Part shown: positions 14,901-25,908 of the stretch, in pieces
Position numbering within the stretch: position 1 is the stretch's first letter
Layout of the letters: each line of letters begins with the position of its first letter
Assembly: GCA_965215605.1 (NCBI GenBank)
Contig: OZ244070.1
Span: forward strand, 1,568,001 to 1,632,000
From: an uncultured Candidatus Binatia bacterium
GTDB lineage: Bacteria; Desulfobacterota; Binatia; UBA9968; JAJDTQ01
Direction of reading: 5' to 3'
Length of the DNA stretch: 64,000 nt
Position numbers and translations under genes: made by a program
The notes under the pieces: model-generated
Told to the model about the DNA's origin: nothing
The model's database searches: none
Seen by the model: the letters and a program-made list of their open reading frames with translations, nothing else

Positions 14901-17641
14901 TCCACCTCGGCCACTTCCGCCGGCGTACCCGTGGCCACCACCTCGCCGCCGCCGCCGCCGCCCTCGGGCCCCAGGTCGATGATGTGGTCGGCGCACTTGA
15001 TCACCTCGGGGTTGTGCTCGATGACCATCACCGAATGTCCCTGATCGATCAGCTCCTGAAGGGCCGACAGCAGCCGCCGGATGTCGTGGAAGTGGAGGCC
15101 GGTGGTGGGCTCGTCGAAGATGAAGAGCGTGCCGGTCTTCGTCGCCCGGACGATGTGGGCGGCCAACTTGAGGCGTTGGGACTCGCCGCCGGAGAGGGTG
15201 GTGACCGGCTGGCCCAGGCGCAGGTATTCCAGCCCCACCCGCGCCAGCGGGCGCAGCCCCCGGACGATCTCCGGCTGGTCCGCGAAGAACTTCATGGCCT
15301 CGGCGATGGTGAGGCCGAGCACGTCGTGGATGTTCCGGTTGCGGTAGGTGGCCTCCAGCACTTCCTGACGGTAGCGGGCGCCGCCGCATTCCGAGCAGGT
15401 GGCGAAGACGTCCGAGAGGAACTGCATCTCGATCTTCTCGAACCCTTCGCCGCGGCAGGACTCGCAGCGTCCGCCCTCCACGTTGAAGGAGAAGGTGGAG
15501 GCCGTGTAGCCCCGGAACCGCGACAGGTCCACGCCGGCGAACAGGCGCCGGATGGGATCGAAGGCCTTCATGTAGGTCACCGGGTTGGACCGGGGCGTGG
15601 TGCCCAGCGGAGACTGGTCCACCAGGATCACCTCGGGCACCCGGTCGATGCCCCGGATCTCGTCGCAGTCCGTCAGCGTCGCCAGCGGCGAGGCCTTGAG
15701 CCGCCGGATGTTCCGGGCGATGACCTCGTCCACCAGGGTCGACTTGCCCGAGCCGGAAACGCCGGTGACGCATACCAGCCTGCCGAGCGGGATGGTCACG
15801 TCGATGCCCTTGAGGTTGTTGGCCCGGGCCCCGAGTATGTCCAGGGTACGGCCCCGGATCCTGGGCCGGTAACGGACCGGCAGCGGGATGACCTTGCGCT
15901 GCGTCAGGTAGTCGGCGGTAAGGGAGGTCTCGCTTGCCAGCAACTCGTCGTAGGAGCCGGCAAACACCACCTCGCCGCCGTGCTCGCCCGCCCGCGGCCC
16001 CAGGTCGATGACGTGGTCGCTCTCCTTGATGATCTCCGGGTCATGTTCCACCACCACCACCGTGTTGTTGTTGGAGCGGAGGCGGTGAAGGATCTCCACC
16101 AGCCGGTGGCTGTCCCGCGGGTGCAGGCCGATGGAGGGCTCGTCCAGCACGTACAGCGTGTTCACCAGCGACGAGCCGATGGCGGTGGTCAGGTCCACCC
16201 GCTCGAGTTCGCCGCCTGACAGGGTCCGCGACTGCCGGTCGAGGGTCAGGTACTCCAGCCCCACGCCCATGAGATAGTCCAGGCGCCGGCGGATCTCGTG
16301 GAGCACCAGCGTGGCCACCTGGTCGCGGCTTGAATCGAGCTCCAGCGCCTGGAAATACGCATGCGCCTCGGCCACGCTCATGCGGTTCACGTCCGCGATG
16401 TTCCGCCCGGCGATGAGGAAATTCAGGCCTTCGGGCTTGAGGCGGGTGCCCTGGCAGTCGGTGCAGGTCACGTAGCGCCGGTAGCGCGCCAGGAACACGC
16501 GCACGTGCATCTTGTAGCTCTTCCGCTCCAGCCACTCGAACCAGCCGCGGATGCCGTAGTACTTGCCGTCGCGCCAGCTTCCCTCGCCGTCGATGATCAG
16601 CCGCCGGTCCTCTTCGTCCAGCTCGGCGAACGGCCGCTCCAGGGAGATGCCCCGGCGCTCGCAGAACTTCTTGAGCTCCCGCACCTCCCAGCGCGCTACC
16701 CGGGTGGTCCACGGCTTGATGGCGCCCTCGGCGATGGACTTGGAAGGGTCCGGAATCACCAGGTCGAGGTCGAGGTCGATGGAGCGGCCGAACCCGTGGC
16801 AGGTCTCGCAGGCCCCCAGCGGGCTGTTGAACGAGAAGAGATTGGGCTGGGGCTCGGCGTAGGACAGGTCGCAGGCGGAGCAGTGCAGGCGGTTGCTGAA
16901 ACCTTCCCGGCGCCAGCCGTCCTCCAGGTCATGGAGGTCGAGCCTTCCCTTGCCGAACTGGAAGGCCTGCTCCAGCGAATCCGTGACGCGCTTGCGCGTG
17001 GACTTGCGGTACACGAAACGGTCCGCCACGACGTCGACGACCTCGCCGACCTCGCCGGGTGGGGCGTCGAGGGGTTCCAGCTCCAGCAGCTCGCGATCCC
17101 GCAGGAGCCGATGGAAACCCGCCTGGAGCAGTCCTCCCTTGACGTCTTCCCAGGGCAGCGCCGGCGGCACTGCCACCGGGAAGGTCAGCACCCACCGCAT
17201 CCCCTCGCCGCCGGCCTGGAGGTGCCTCGTGATGGACGGGGCGCTGTCCTTGGATATGACCTTGCGGCAGCCCGAGCAGTGCAGGATGCCGATCTTGGCG
17301 AACAGCAGCTTGAGATGGTCGTACAGCTCGGTCATGGTGCCCACCGTCGACCGCGAGGTCTTGACCGGGCGGGTCTGGTCGATGGCGATGGTGGGCGGGA
17401 TGTTCTCGATGGCCTCGACGTCCGGCTTCTCCATGCGATCGAGAAACTGCCGGGCGTAGGCCGAAAAGCTCTCCACGTAGCGGCGTTGGCCCTCCGCGTA
17501 GAGGATGTCGAAGGCGACGGTGGACTTGCCCGACCCGCTGACGCCGGTCACTACCGTCAATGCGTTGAGGGGGATCTGGAGGTCGAGGTCCTTGAGGTTG
17601 TTCTGCTTCGCGCCGCGTACGTGTATCCAGCCCTGATCCAT
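11981..17641 (-). CDS. uvrA: Double-length (tandem-fused) excinuclease ABC subunit UvrA, 1886 aa
   Basis: Four GxSGSGKS Walker A motifs, four LSGGE signatures, two FSFNS motifs and multiple CxxC zinc fingers. Confidence 0.93.
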   Translation of the reverse strand: MDQGWIHVRGAKQNNLKDLDLQIPLNALTVVTGVSGSGKSTVAFDILYAEGQRRYVESFSAYARQFLDRMEKPDVEAIENIPPTIAIDQTRPVKTSRSTVGTMTELYDHLKLLFAKIGILHCSGCRKVISKDSAPSITRHLQAGGEGMRWVLTFPVAVPPALPWEDVKGGLLQAGFHRLLRDRELLELEPLDAPPGEVGEVVDVVADRFVYRKSTRKRVTDSLEQAFQFGKGRLDLHDLEDGWRREGFSNRLHCSACDLSYAEPQPNLFSFNSPLGACETCHGFGRSIDLDLDLVIPDPSKSIAEGAIKPWTTRVARWEVRELKKFCERRGISLERPFAELDEEDRRLIIDGEGSWRDGKYYGIRGWFEWLERKSYKMHVRVFLARYRRYVTCTDCQGTRLKPEGLNFLIAGRNIADVNRMSVAEAHAYFQALELDSSRDQVATLVLHEIRRRLDYLMGVGLEYLTLDRQSRTLSGGELERVDLTTAIGSSLVNTLYVLDEPSIGLHPRDSHRLVEILHRLRSNNNTVVVVEHDPEIIKESDHVIDLGPRAGEHGGEVVFAGSYDELLASETSLTADYLTQRKVIPLPVRYRPRIRGRTLDILGARANNLKGIDVTIPLGRLVCVTGVSGSGKSTLVDEVIARNIRRLKASPLATLTDCDEIRGIDRVPEVILVDQSPLGTTPRSNPVTYMKAFDPIRRLFAGVDLSRFRGYTASTFSFNVEGGRCESCRGEGFEKIEMQFLSDVFATCSECGGARYRQEVLEATYRNRNIHDVLGLTIAEAMKFFADQPEIVRGLRPLARVGLEYLRLGQPVTTLSGGESQRLKLAAHIVRATKTGTLFIFDEPTTGLHFHDIRRLLSALQELIDQGHSVMVIEHNPEVIKCADHIIDLGPEGGGGGGEVVATGTPAEVAEVERSHTGRYLKDHLAPVRSRFAPILVKTPPRRTAPARSNGTGAIQVIGAREHNLKAIDVDIPRDRLVVVTGLSGSGKSSLAFDIIYADGQRRYIDSLSAYARQFMKIMARPNVDVLAGIPPTVAIEQRLSQGGRNSTVATVTELYHYLRLLYAKVGKQHCPQCGGAITSLTRSRILDRVGRKYRGKDITVLSPVVRGRKGYHKDVMMAARRLGYGRARIDGAMTALNASLLQQGLGRFHEHDIDIVVGTAKAGRLSMETVLGQGLRLGNGVIHVLAEGAEETYNERLFCRACGVGYEPLDPRLFSFNSRQGACPDCHGVGSSEELDADLVMPDPEMSLTEVVNRLCADAPEGRAGLKRRLNQCQGELERKLGIPGDVPIRTLSARQRDVLLNGRSRPSAPGLLKTLAGLQVKSDGPLAGYLGSFVSERTCPSCHGARLNARARNVRIAGKAIWQITALSVKEALGRYASLEKRLGKNIADKERLVLEKTQKEIHHKLRFLDEVGLGYLTLDRRANTLSGGEAQRVRLAAQLGSNLRGVCYILDEPTIGLHTRDNRRLLATLRRLVEAGNTVLVVEHDETTIRAADVLVDLGPGAGVRGGRVVAMGTPEEVRANPASVTGAFLGTARRRLWPERPLRGGEWLEVTGASENNLKNLKVRLPLGKWTCVTGVSGSGKSTLVKEVLFKGLKTRLGHNTGRPGRHRDLAGWEPIERAVEVDQTPIGKTPRSVPASYVGFLDEIRRIYALHPEARMRGYAPSRFSFNVSGGRCDECAGQGRIRKEMSFLPDVFVNCDGCGGLRFNEETLSVQFNGKNIAEVLRMTVEEAVEFFRAFPKAYRPLKLLDEIGMGYITLGQASNTLSGGEAQRIKLAYELGKESRGKTLYILDEPTTGLHFADVEKLIDILHRLVDAGNTVITIEHNLEIIKDADYLVDLGPEGGDKGGRVVAHGSPSKVAQDGKRSYTARALREYLEANGAG

Positions 17642-17687
17642 GGTGGGTAGGGGTCGGGACGAGGGATGGGCTGCCGCGATCCGCGAC

Positions 17688-17987
17688 CTAGCCGATGCCG
17701 AGCTTTTCCCGAGCTTCTTCGCTGATCCGGCTCGGGTCCCAGGGCGGATCCCACACGAGGTCCACGTTGGCTTCCTTGACGCCGGGGATCTCCATGATCA
17801 GGGACTGGGCGTTGGAGGCGATCATGCCGCCCATGCCGCATCCCGGCGCGGTCAGGGTCATCTTGACCGCCACGGCGCCGTCCTCGACCTCGACGTCGTA
17901 GACCAGGCCGAGGTCCACGATGTTCACCGGGATCTCGGGGTCGTAACAGTCCTGCAGCGCTTCGTAGACCTGTTCCTTGGTAATCAT
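17688..17987 (-). CDS. DUF59/SufT metal-sulfur cluster assembly factor
   Basis: DPEIPVNIVDLGLVY, MTLTAPGC, WDPPW motifs. Confidence 0.9.
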   Translation of the reverse strand: MITKEQVYEALQDCYDPEIPVNIVDLGLVYDVEVEDGAVAVKMTLTAPGCGMGGMIASNAQSLIMEIPGVKEANVDLVWDPPWDPSRISEEAREKLGIG

Positions 17988-18307
17988 TTCGCCTCCTGCT
18001 CGACTTCTTCACACTCGCTGCACGGGCACAACGAACGCAGATAGTCGAAGGTATAGATCCCGGTCATGTGCCCGTCGCTCCAGCGGAAACAGACCGCGTA
18101 GTTGCCCACCGGCTCGATTGCCTCGAGGCCGGCATCGGGTACCTCCACGAAGCGCTTCTCAATCGCGGCCTCGTGCCCTTGGCAAAGCGCGCACGGGCAG
18201 TAGCCCCTCAGGTGCTCCCTGGGATACTCGCCCGAGTGCCCGTCGTCCCAGGTGATGCGGACGATGCCCTGGGCCTTGACGTGATTGATCTCTACGGGAA
18301 CAGCCAC
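17984..18307 (-). CDS. DUF971 (GBBH-like N-terminal) zinc-binding protein
   Basis: WDDGH, LRGYCPCALC, VGNYA, WSDGHxTGIY motifs. Confidence 0.88.
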   Translation of the reverse strand: MAVPVEINHVKAQGIVRITWDDGHSGEYPREHLRGYCPCALCQGHEAAIEKRFVEVPDAGLEAIEPVGNYAVCFRWSDGHMTGIYTFDYLRSLCPCSECEEVEQEAK

Positions 18308-18320
18308 GAATGTCCCGCGG

Positions 18321-19418
<1,098 letters not shown>

Positions 19419-19569
19419 GTCGCTCCTCTTCTCCCCGTCGGCGTTGCGCCGCCAGAACGGCGTGCCGAATAGTGCCATGAGACCTTCCTTCCTTGCCGTG
19501 GTGCGCGGCTCCGGCTGGTTGCGAAGGATTCGGCCGGCCTTGGGGCGGGCCAAGTCGAACGATACCTGG

Positions 19570-19598
19570 AATATAGACTTGCGCAACCGCTATTTCAA
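19570..19598 (-). promoter_or_regulatory. Putative sigma70 promoter for mrp-DUF971-sufT(-uvrA) (TTGAAA-17-TATATT)
   Basis: Near-consensus hexamers at 17-nt spacing in an AT-richer intergenic patch. Confidence 0.65.
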
Positions 19599-19648
19599 TG
19601 TGCGAACGGGTTTGCGCCGGCCATGCGCGACGGCCGGCGCCGGCTGCG

Positions 19649-21190
19649 TCACCGTCCTTGGTGCTCCGGCCGCAACAGGTCCAGCACCATCTTCACCGGT
19701 GTGAAGGTCTCGGGCGGCAACTCGACGAAGACCGTGTTCCATCGCGCCATGCCGCCGTTCCAGAGCCCGGGGTGCTCCAGCGCCTTGAGCGGGCGCCCGC
19801 CGCCGGACTTGACGGAGATGAAGGCGCTCCGCGGATCGCTGAAGCGCATGAGGTCGAAGCATGCTCCGGAACGGTCGCGGACGCCGCAGACCAGATCCAC
19901 GGGATTGAAGTGGGTGGAAGCGGCAAAGACCTCCCGCTGACCCGCCGTCGCCATGTCCACCTGCGAGGACTCGACGACCTGAAGCGAGCACGCGCCGCCG
20001 GAGCCCCTGACCCAGAAGGGGCCGCCGCCCGGCTCTCCGGCGGACGGAACCATGCCGCACACCCGGAACGGACGGCCCAGGGTCTCCCGCAGGAAATGCA
20101 CCCGCTCGGCGGCGGGCGCACGCGCTACGGTCTCCGCCGGCGAAACCGACAGCGTGGCGCGGGCGAAATCCGCCACCTCGTCCACCAACGACGGCGGCGG
20201 TTCGGAATCGAGCCGGTCGAGATAGTCGAACACGCGGCCCTGGAGTTCCACCAGGAGGCCTGCCAACGCCTTCCGGCAGCGGATGGCGGCGCCCGGACTC
20301 ATGGAAACGTTGTCGATGTTCCGGATGAACACGATGTCGGCGCGGAGGTTGTTCAGGTTCGCCAGCAGCGCGCCATGGCCGCCGGGCCGGAACGACAGGC
20401 TTCCGTCGGACTCGCGGAAAGGCCGGTTGTCGAGGGTGGCCGCCAAGGTGTCGGTATCGGGCCGCTGTTCCGACAGGGTCACGTCGAAGCGCGTGTCGCG
20501 GTCCTCGTAGCGCCGGCACAACTCGGCGATGTGCTCCTCCACCCCTGATCGATGTTCCGGAGAGACCGTGAAATGGACGCGCGCGGTTCCGCCGCCGTCC
20601 CGGACATACGCCCGCGCCTGCGCCAGGTGCTCGGCCACCGGCGTGCGGCAGCCGTCGGGATGGCGATGAAACGGGATGAGCCCCTTGGGAAGGCCGGCGT
20701 AGCCGAGTCCGCCGGCGTCCAGGAGACAGTGCAGCACTTCCCGGAACCGCCCGGCCCCGCGCAAGCCCTGAAGGCGCCCGCCCTGCCGTTCCAACGCCGC
20801 CTCCAACTCCGGATGGAAGGCAAAGCGCTCGAGACGGGCCATGAACTCCCGCAGCGCCGGGTATTCCGGCAGATCCCTGACATCCTCCACGGTCGCCGCG
20901 TCCCGGCTCCTGGCCGCCAGCAGCGCCTGAAACATCCGGGAGGCCGCTCCCGACGCGGGAACGAACTTCAAGAACCGCCCGGCCCGCGCCGCCTCCTCGC
21001 CGCGCCGGCACAAACGATCCAACTCCGCGTCGGTAAGGACCATGATCCCATCGCCGCGGGTGCAGGGACGGTCCAGCACCGCGGGCGGCATCCCCGCGGC
21101 CAACGTCGCCAGATACCCCGCGGCCCGCTCGGGCGAGATGCCGCGGTCCCGAAGCTGTTTCAGATCCCGCTCGGTGAATGGGTGGGACAC
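19649..21190 (-). CDS. DUF4301 family protein
   Basis: KFVPASGAASRMF, FRPGGHGAL, NIDNV, GEPGGGPF, THFNPVD, PGLWNG, FTPVK motifs. Confidence 0.85.
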   Translation of the reverse strand: MSHPFTERDLKQLRDRGISPERAAGYLATLAAGMPPAVLDRPCTRGDGIMVLTDAELDRLCRRGEEAARAGRFLKFVPASGAASRMFQALLAARSRDAATVEDVRDLPEYPALREFMARLERFAFHPELEAALERQGGRLQGLRGAGRFREVLHCLLDAGGLGYAGLPKGLIPFHRHPDGCRTPVAEHLAQARAYVRDGGGTARVHFTVSPEHRSGVEEHIAELCRRYEDRDTRFDVTLSEQRPDTDTLAATLDNRPFRESDGSLSFRPGGHGALLANLNNLRADIVFIRNIDNVSMSPGAAIRCRKALAGLLVELQGRVFDYLDRLDSEPPPSLVDEVADFARATLSVSPAETVARAPAAERVHFLRETLGRPFRVCGMVPSAGEPGGGPFWVRGSGGACSLQVVESSQVDMATAGQREVFAASTHFNPVDLVCGVRDRSGACFDLMRFSDPRSAFISVKSGGGRPLKALEHPGLWNGGMARWNTVFVELPPETFTPVKMVLDLLRPEHQGR

Positions 21191-21194
21191 GGGT

Positions 21195-21668
21195 TCACGC
21201 TTGACGTTGGTTGCCCCTGGCGGCCTTCACCAGCTCGTCGTCGGCGTCGTTCATGTACCCCCGGCAATTTTCGGCGCCGCATACGCACGTGTAAAGCTCC
21301 TCCCCCTGAAGCCGGTAGTCGAACGTGATCTCTTCGCCCTCTTCGATGGTCTGTTCGGCGATGAGCCAGATACGGCCGCGGATGATGTCCACGTAGGTGT
21401 TGCCCCCGCAGGAGTGGTTGGCGAAGCGCGCATCGTTGCCGTTCACCGCCCCGTCCACGTCATACTGGTCGTCGAGGGTGAAGATATAGGTCAGTTCGTC
21501 GTCGTTCCGGGACCGGGTGGTGCCTTCGCCGGAAGGAATCTTCTCGCCCGTGTACTCGATGATGCGCCGCCCGTGCCGGATGTTCTCGCCGGCGAAGAGC
21601 CCATCCCCATGTATTCTGGACTTGCCCACGAACACCTTCGGAAGCCTGCGCTTCGATCCCTTTGCCAC
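21195..21668 (-). CDS. SET-domain protein-lysine methyltransferase with post-SET zinc motif
   Basis: GDGLFA, RFANHSC, EEITFDY, CVCGAENCRG motifs; GTG start with GGGAGG SD. Confidence 0.9.
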   Translation of the reverse strand: MAKGSKRRLPKVFVGKSRIHGDGLFAGENIRHGRRIIEYTGEKIPSGEGTTRSRNDDELTYIFTLDDQYDVDGAVNGNDARFANHSCGGNTYVDIIRGRIWLIAEQTIEEGEEITFDYRLQGEELYTCVCGAENCRGYMNDADDELVKAARGNQRQA

Positions 21669-21907
21669 CGTTCCTCCCGGGTCCCGCCAAGTACTCTCCA
21701 ACGGTCCCTGATGTATAGCATCGGGCCGGGTGAATGTTGACCGGCTGGCTCCCATGGATCGGGTTCAAACAGGGGATTGCTCATATGCCGGGCGCCGCGC
21801 GCTCCCTTACCTTGCCGGTAGCCCCGCAATCAGATACGAATAGCCTCGAACCGCTCGTTGACGGACCGGGAAATGAACCGGGACCCTGCGTACAAGGAAG
21901 GAAACCG

Positions 21908-23623
21908 ATGGCCAAGACAACCCTGTTGAACGTGACCGTGGCGGACGCCTATCTGGCGCTGCTGGCGGATCGGGGCGTGGACTACTTCTTCGCCAATGCC
22001 GGCACGGACTTCGCGCCCATCGTGGAGGCCATGGCCAAGGCCCGGAACCTGGAGACGCGGATTCCCGAGCCGGTCACCTGCCCGCACGAGAACACCGCCA
22101 TGCACATGGCCATCGGCTACTATCTGGTCACGGGCAAGCCCCAGACGGTGATGGTGCACGTCAACGTGGGCACCGCCAACGGCATGAACGGAATGCTGAA
22201 CGCATCCCGCGGCAACATCCCCGTGCTGTTCACGGCGGGCCGCACGCCCACCAACGAGGAAGGCCTCGCCGGACACCGGAGCCTGGACATCCACTGGACC
22301 CAGGAGATGTTCGACCAGGCCTCCATGGTGCGCGAGGCGGCCAAGTGGGATTACGAGCTACGCAACGGCAAGCAAACAGAAACCATCGTGGACCGCGCCC
22401 TGTCCGTGGCCAAGAGCGAGCCCACCGGCCCGGTCTACCTGAGCCTCCCCCGGGAGGTGTTGTCCGAGCGGCTGGACGAGTTCACCTACGAGTCGCCCGG
22501 GCGCCAGCATGCCCCGGCGCCGCCCTATCCCAACGCGGCGGCCGCCGACGAGGCGGCGGCGCTCCTGGCCGGCGCCGAGAACCCGCTGATCATCACCAAC
22601 TGGGCGGGACGGAACCCGCGGGTGTGGGGGCCCTTGGGCGATCTGGCCGAGCGCTACGCGATCCCGGTGGTGCAGTACCGCAACCGCTACATGTCGCTGC
22701 CCACCGACCACCCCATGAACCTGGGCTACGACCTCAACCCGCTGCTCGGGCAGGCCGACGTGATCCTGGTGGTGGACGTGGCGGTGCCGTGGCTGCCGGC
22801 CACGGACAAGGTGCGCGAGGACGCCAAGGTCATCCACATGGGCGCCGACCCGCTGCACAGCTACGTGCCGCTCCGCGGCCACCCCTGCGACATCGCCCTG
22901 GCCTGCGGCACCGACGTGGGCCTCAGCGCCCTGGACGAAGCCCTTTCCGCCCACGAAGGCCGGGTCAAGGCGGGCATCGACAAGCGCCGGAAGACGCTGG
23001 CGGAGATGTGGCAAAAGCAGCGCGACGGCTGGGCCAGGCGGCTCGACGAAGTGAAGGACAACAAGCCGCTGCATCCGGTATGGGTCACCCACTGCATCAA
23101 CCAGATCAAGGGCGCCGACACCATCGTGGTGAAGGAGTCCGCGCTCGCGTCGACGCACATCGACATCTCCCAACCGGGAACGCTGCTCAACGCCGGCGCC
23201 GCGTCGGGCCTAGGCCACGGCCTCGGGGTGGCGCTGGGCGCCAAGCTCGCCGCCCGGGACCGGCTGGTCATCGGCACCCACGGCGACGGCTCCTACATGT
23301 TCGGCAACCCCATCGCCAGCCACTACGTGGGGGCGGAGCAGAAGCTCCCCATTCTCACGGTCATCTTCAACAACCAGCGATGGCAGGCGGTGCGCCGGGC
23401 CACGGTGGGACTGAACCCGGAGGGCTACGCCGCCCAGAGCGCCCACCAGCCCATCACCATGCTCGACAGCGTCGACAAGTACGAGAAGGCGGTGGAGGTG
23501 GCCGACGGCTACGGCCAGCGGGTGGAGGACCCCGCCGACCTCATGCCGGCCCTAGAGCGGGGCCTCAAGGCGGTGGAGGTGGAGAAGCGCCAAGCGGTGG
23601 TCAACGTGATCTGCTCGGCATAG
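21908..23623 (+). CDS. Thiamine diphosphate-dependent enzyme (acetolactate synthase/benzoylformate decarboxylase-like)
   Basis: Conserved Glu in PHEN; GDGS...NN ThDP-binding motif. Confidence 0.88.
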   Translation: MAKTTLLNVTVADAYLALLADRGVDYFFANAGTDFAPIVEAMAKARNLETRIPEPVTCPHENTAMHMAIGYYLVTGKPQTVMVHVNVGTANGMNGMLNASRGNIPVLFTAGRTPTNEEGLAGHRSLDIHWTQEMFDQASMVREAAKWDYELRNGKQTETIVDRALSVAKSEPTGPVYLSLPREVLSERLDEFTYESPGRQHAPAPPYPNAAAADEAAALLAGAENPLIITNWAGRNPRVWGPLGDLAERYAIPVVQYRNRYMSLPTDHPMNLGYDLNPLLGQADVILVVDVAVPWLPATDKVREDAKVIHMGADPLHSYVPLRGHPCDIALACGTDVGLSALDEALSAHEGRVKAGIDKRRKTLAEMWQKQRDGWARRLDEVKDNKPLHPVWVTHCINQIKGADTIVVKESALASTHIDISQPGTLLNAGAASGLGHGLGVALGAKLAARDRLVIGTHGDGSYMFGNPIASHYVGAEQKLPILTVIFNNQRWQAVRRATVGLNPEGYAAQSAHQPITMLDSVDKYEKAVEVADGYGQRVEDPADLMPALERGLKAVEVEKRQAVVNVICSA

Positions 23624-23634
23624 CAGAGTGCGGA

Positions 23635-23782
23635 GAGCAGGGTGGGCTGCGCCCCGGAAATCAGGCGACGGTTACAGCGGAGCCGGCCGTCGTGCGTCGC
23701 ACGAGAAACGGGTAGTTGATCGCGAACACGAAGCACGTCCGCCGGCCGTCGACAGATTTCCGGGACGCAGCCCACCCTGCTC
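23635..23782. repeat. 148-bp element with 28-bp terminal inverted repeats (1 mismatch); REPIN/MITE-like
   Basis: GAGCAGGGTGGGCTGCGCCCCGGAAATC (23635-23662) versus GATTTCCGGGACGCAGCCCACCCTGCTC (23755-23782); lies between convergent genes. Confidence 0.85.
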
Positions 23783-23812
23783 GGTGCCGCTCCGTACTAG
23801 TGTCCTGTCCGG

Positions 23813-24832
23813 TTAGTTCGCATGATGAGATGCGGAGGATTTTTTGTACCCCTTCTCCCTGTAATATCGCTCGGCGCCGGGGTGTAGCGGCAGGTCCAGC
23901 GGTCCGTCCGGGGTGTCCGTGCAGAACTGCGTCATGGGCGGGGTCTCCGGCGTGTCGTATTCGATGTTCTCGCGCATCTGCTCGATGACTCCGACCATCT
24001 GGTAGGCCAGTTCGTCCGGCAGGTCGGCGTGGGTGACGATGGGCCAGCCGCTGAAGTCCACGGCGGTGACGGGCTCGGGCAGCCTGCCGTCGAACAGCGG
24101 CCCGTTCAGGGGCGCGCGGCTGAAGCCGTAGCGGTCGAGAGAGGCCATGGCCTTGGGCGAAAAGTGCAGGAACGCCATTTCCTGTTCCACGGCCGCGGCG
24201 GCCCAGGACGACAGCCCCTCGTCGATGACCATGTCGACGTCGCCGGTGACGATGCCCTCCAGGCGCCGCGGATTGCTGGGCCGCACCACCGGATCCAGCA
24301 CGCCGCCCCATTCCTCGAAGGTCTTGAGGCTCATGCCGTGGGCCCGCAGCGCCGCGTTGATGGCGAAGTCGATGCAGTCGTTGGTGGCCACCGATACCCT
24401 CAGGGCGGGCTTCCGCCGCTTGAGCTCGTCCATGGAACGGATGCCGTGCTTCTTCGCCACCGCCACCACCAGGCGGTCATAGGAGGGAAAGACCGCCAGC
24501 GCCCGCAACGGCAGTGGCTTCCGGAAGGCGCCCCGCCCGTGAAAGGCCATGGAGGCAATACACGAGGGGTTGAGCCAGGCGATGTCGATCTTTCGCCGGC
24601 CCACCAGCCGTGCTCCCTGGATGCCGCTGCACCAGGCCGGGCTGATGGCGATGTTGAAGGCGAAGGGCGGACCAGCGGAGCCGCCGGCTCCCGGCAAGTC
24701 CACGAAAAGCCGGATTGCGCTGGTCATCATGGTCGGCACCGTGTCGTAGAGGCCGGCCAGCAGCTTGGTGCCGATCTGGGCGCGCAACAGGCTCGAGCTC
24801 ATGGGTTTAACGCTGCGGTCGTCGTAGCTCAT
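23813..24832 (-). CDS. TAXI-family TRAP solute-binding-like protein with no evident signal peptide
   Basis: LRALAVFP, GIRSMDEL, D(L)PDELAY and LPLHPGAERYYREKG motifs. Confidence 0.75.
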   Translation of the reverse strand: MSYDDRSVKPMSSSLLRAQIGTKLLAGLYDTVPTMMTSAIRLFVDLPGAGGSAGPPFAFNIAISPAWCSGIQGARLVGRRKIDIAWLNPSCIASMAFHGRGAFRKPLPLRALAVFPSYDRLVVAVAKKHGIRSMDELKRRKPALRVSVATNDCIDFAINAALRAHGMSLKTFEEWGGVLDPVVRPSNPRRLEGIVTGDVDMVIDEGLSSWAAAAVEQEMAFLHFSPKAMASLDRYGFSRAPLNGPLFDGRLPEPVTAVDFSGWPIVTHADLPDELAYQMVGVIEQMRENIEYDTPETPPMTQFCTDTPDGPLDLPLHPGAERYYREKGYKKSSASHHAN

Positions 24833-24979
24833 GTCTTCGTTCCCTTTCGTCCTGGACCGTGTGGGATGCGCGCGCTGGGCGCCCGTCCCCGTCCGGCACA
24901 GGTTAGCCTATCTCTCACGGGTATTGTATAGTGTGCCGTCTCGCAGGGTTCCTTCACGAGCCGCCGGTCCCTCTTGTAC

Positions 24980-25840
24980 ATGGCAACACTGACCGCCCTG
25001 GCAGCCGCGTTTTTCTTCGGCTCCGCCCACATCCTGGTACGCTACGGCCTCCGCACCGGCTCCACCACCACGGCCATCACCTTCAACATTGCCACCATGG
25101 GCACGGTGTTGCTGGCCGTGATGGCCCCCTGGGCGGACTGGTCGCAGGCGTCGCGGCCCGCGGTGGGCTGGTTCATGCTGGCGGGGGCGGTGGCGCCGCT
25201 GACCACCCAGTTCCTGTTCTACGCCGCTATCTCCCGGGTCGGCGTCGCCCGGGCCTCGCCCCTCAGGAACACCTCGCCGCTGTTCGCGGGCATCGTGGCG
25301 GTGGCATGGCTGGGCGAACAATGGACCCCGGCGCTCCTCAGCGGCACCGTATTGATCATCCTGGGGGCCACGGTGCTGGGCCTGCGCGACGCCAGGGCGC
25401 TGACGGCCTTCCGCAAGCGCGATCTGCTGTTCGCCCTCGGCGCTTCGGTCCTGGGGGGCGCCGCCAGCCCCATTCGCAAGTTCGGCTACTCCATGATAGC
25501 CTCGGTGCCGCTGGCCATCTGCCTGACGTTGATGGGGAGCCTCTGCGGCCTGATCCTCTACCTGGCGGTGTGGCGCGGCTACCGCGACGTCATGGTCAAC
25601 CGCGGCACGGTGCTGTGGTTCGGGCTCTCGGGCATCGTCACGAGCTGCGGCATCACCTCCTACATGCTGTCGCTGAGCATGGGCGACGTGGTGCTGGTGG
25701 ATCCGCTGATCGCCACCACGCCGCTGTTCTCGGTGACCTTCACCCATCTCCTGCTGAAGGAGCACGAACGGGTCACGTCCAAGGCGGTCCTGGGCGCATT
25801 GCTGGTGTGCGCCGGCGGCGTGGTGCTGACGGCGTTCTGA
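24980..25840 (+). CDS. EamA/DMT family transporter
   Basis: About 10 hydrophobic helices in two repeats; SPLFA...LGE and TPLFS...LKEHE. Confidence 0.85.
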   Translation: MATLTALAAAFFFGSAHILVRYGLRTGSTTTAITFNIATMGTVLLAVMAPWADWSQASRPAVGWFMLAGAVAPLTTQFLFYAAISRVGVARASPLRNTSPLFAGIVAVAWLGEQWTPALLSGTVLIILGATVLGLRDARALTAFRKRDLLFALGASVLGGAASPIRKFGYSMIASVPLAICLTLMGSLCGLILYLAVWRGYRDVMVNRGTVLWFGLSGIVTSCGITSYMLSLSMGDVVLVDPLIATTPLFSVTFTHLLLKEHERVTSKAVLGALLVCAGGVVLTAF

Positions 25841-25870
25841 CCTTCGCCCTACCCGGACCGAGGTCTCCGG

Positions 25871-25899
25871 TTGACAACACACGGGACGGCCGTTAACCC
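25871..25899 (+). promoter_or_regulatory. Putative sigma70 promoter (TTGACA-17-TAACCC), 9 nt before the NUDIX ATG
   Basis: Perfect -35, weak -10, no SD. Confidence 0.4.
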
Positions 25900-25908
25900 G
25901 CATATTCC

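Noticed and set aside
12071-16219. 1382-aa plus-strand ORF and other long antisense or alternate-frame ORFs (e.g. 41447-44251, 12624-15773, 49651-51366)
   Set aside because: Shadow ORFs of real genes in high-GC DNA; no motifs, and the composition is typical of antisense frames.
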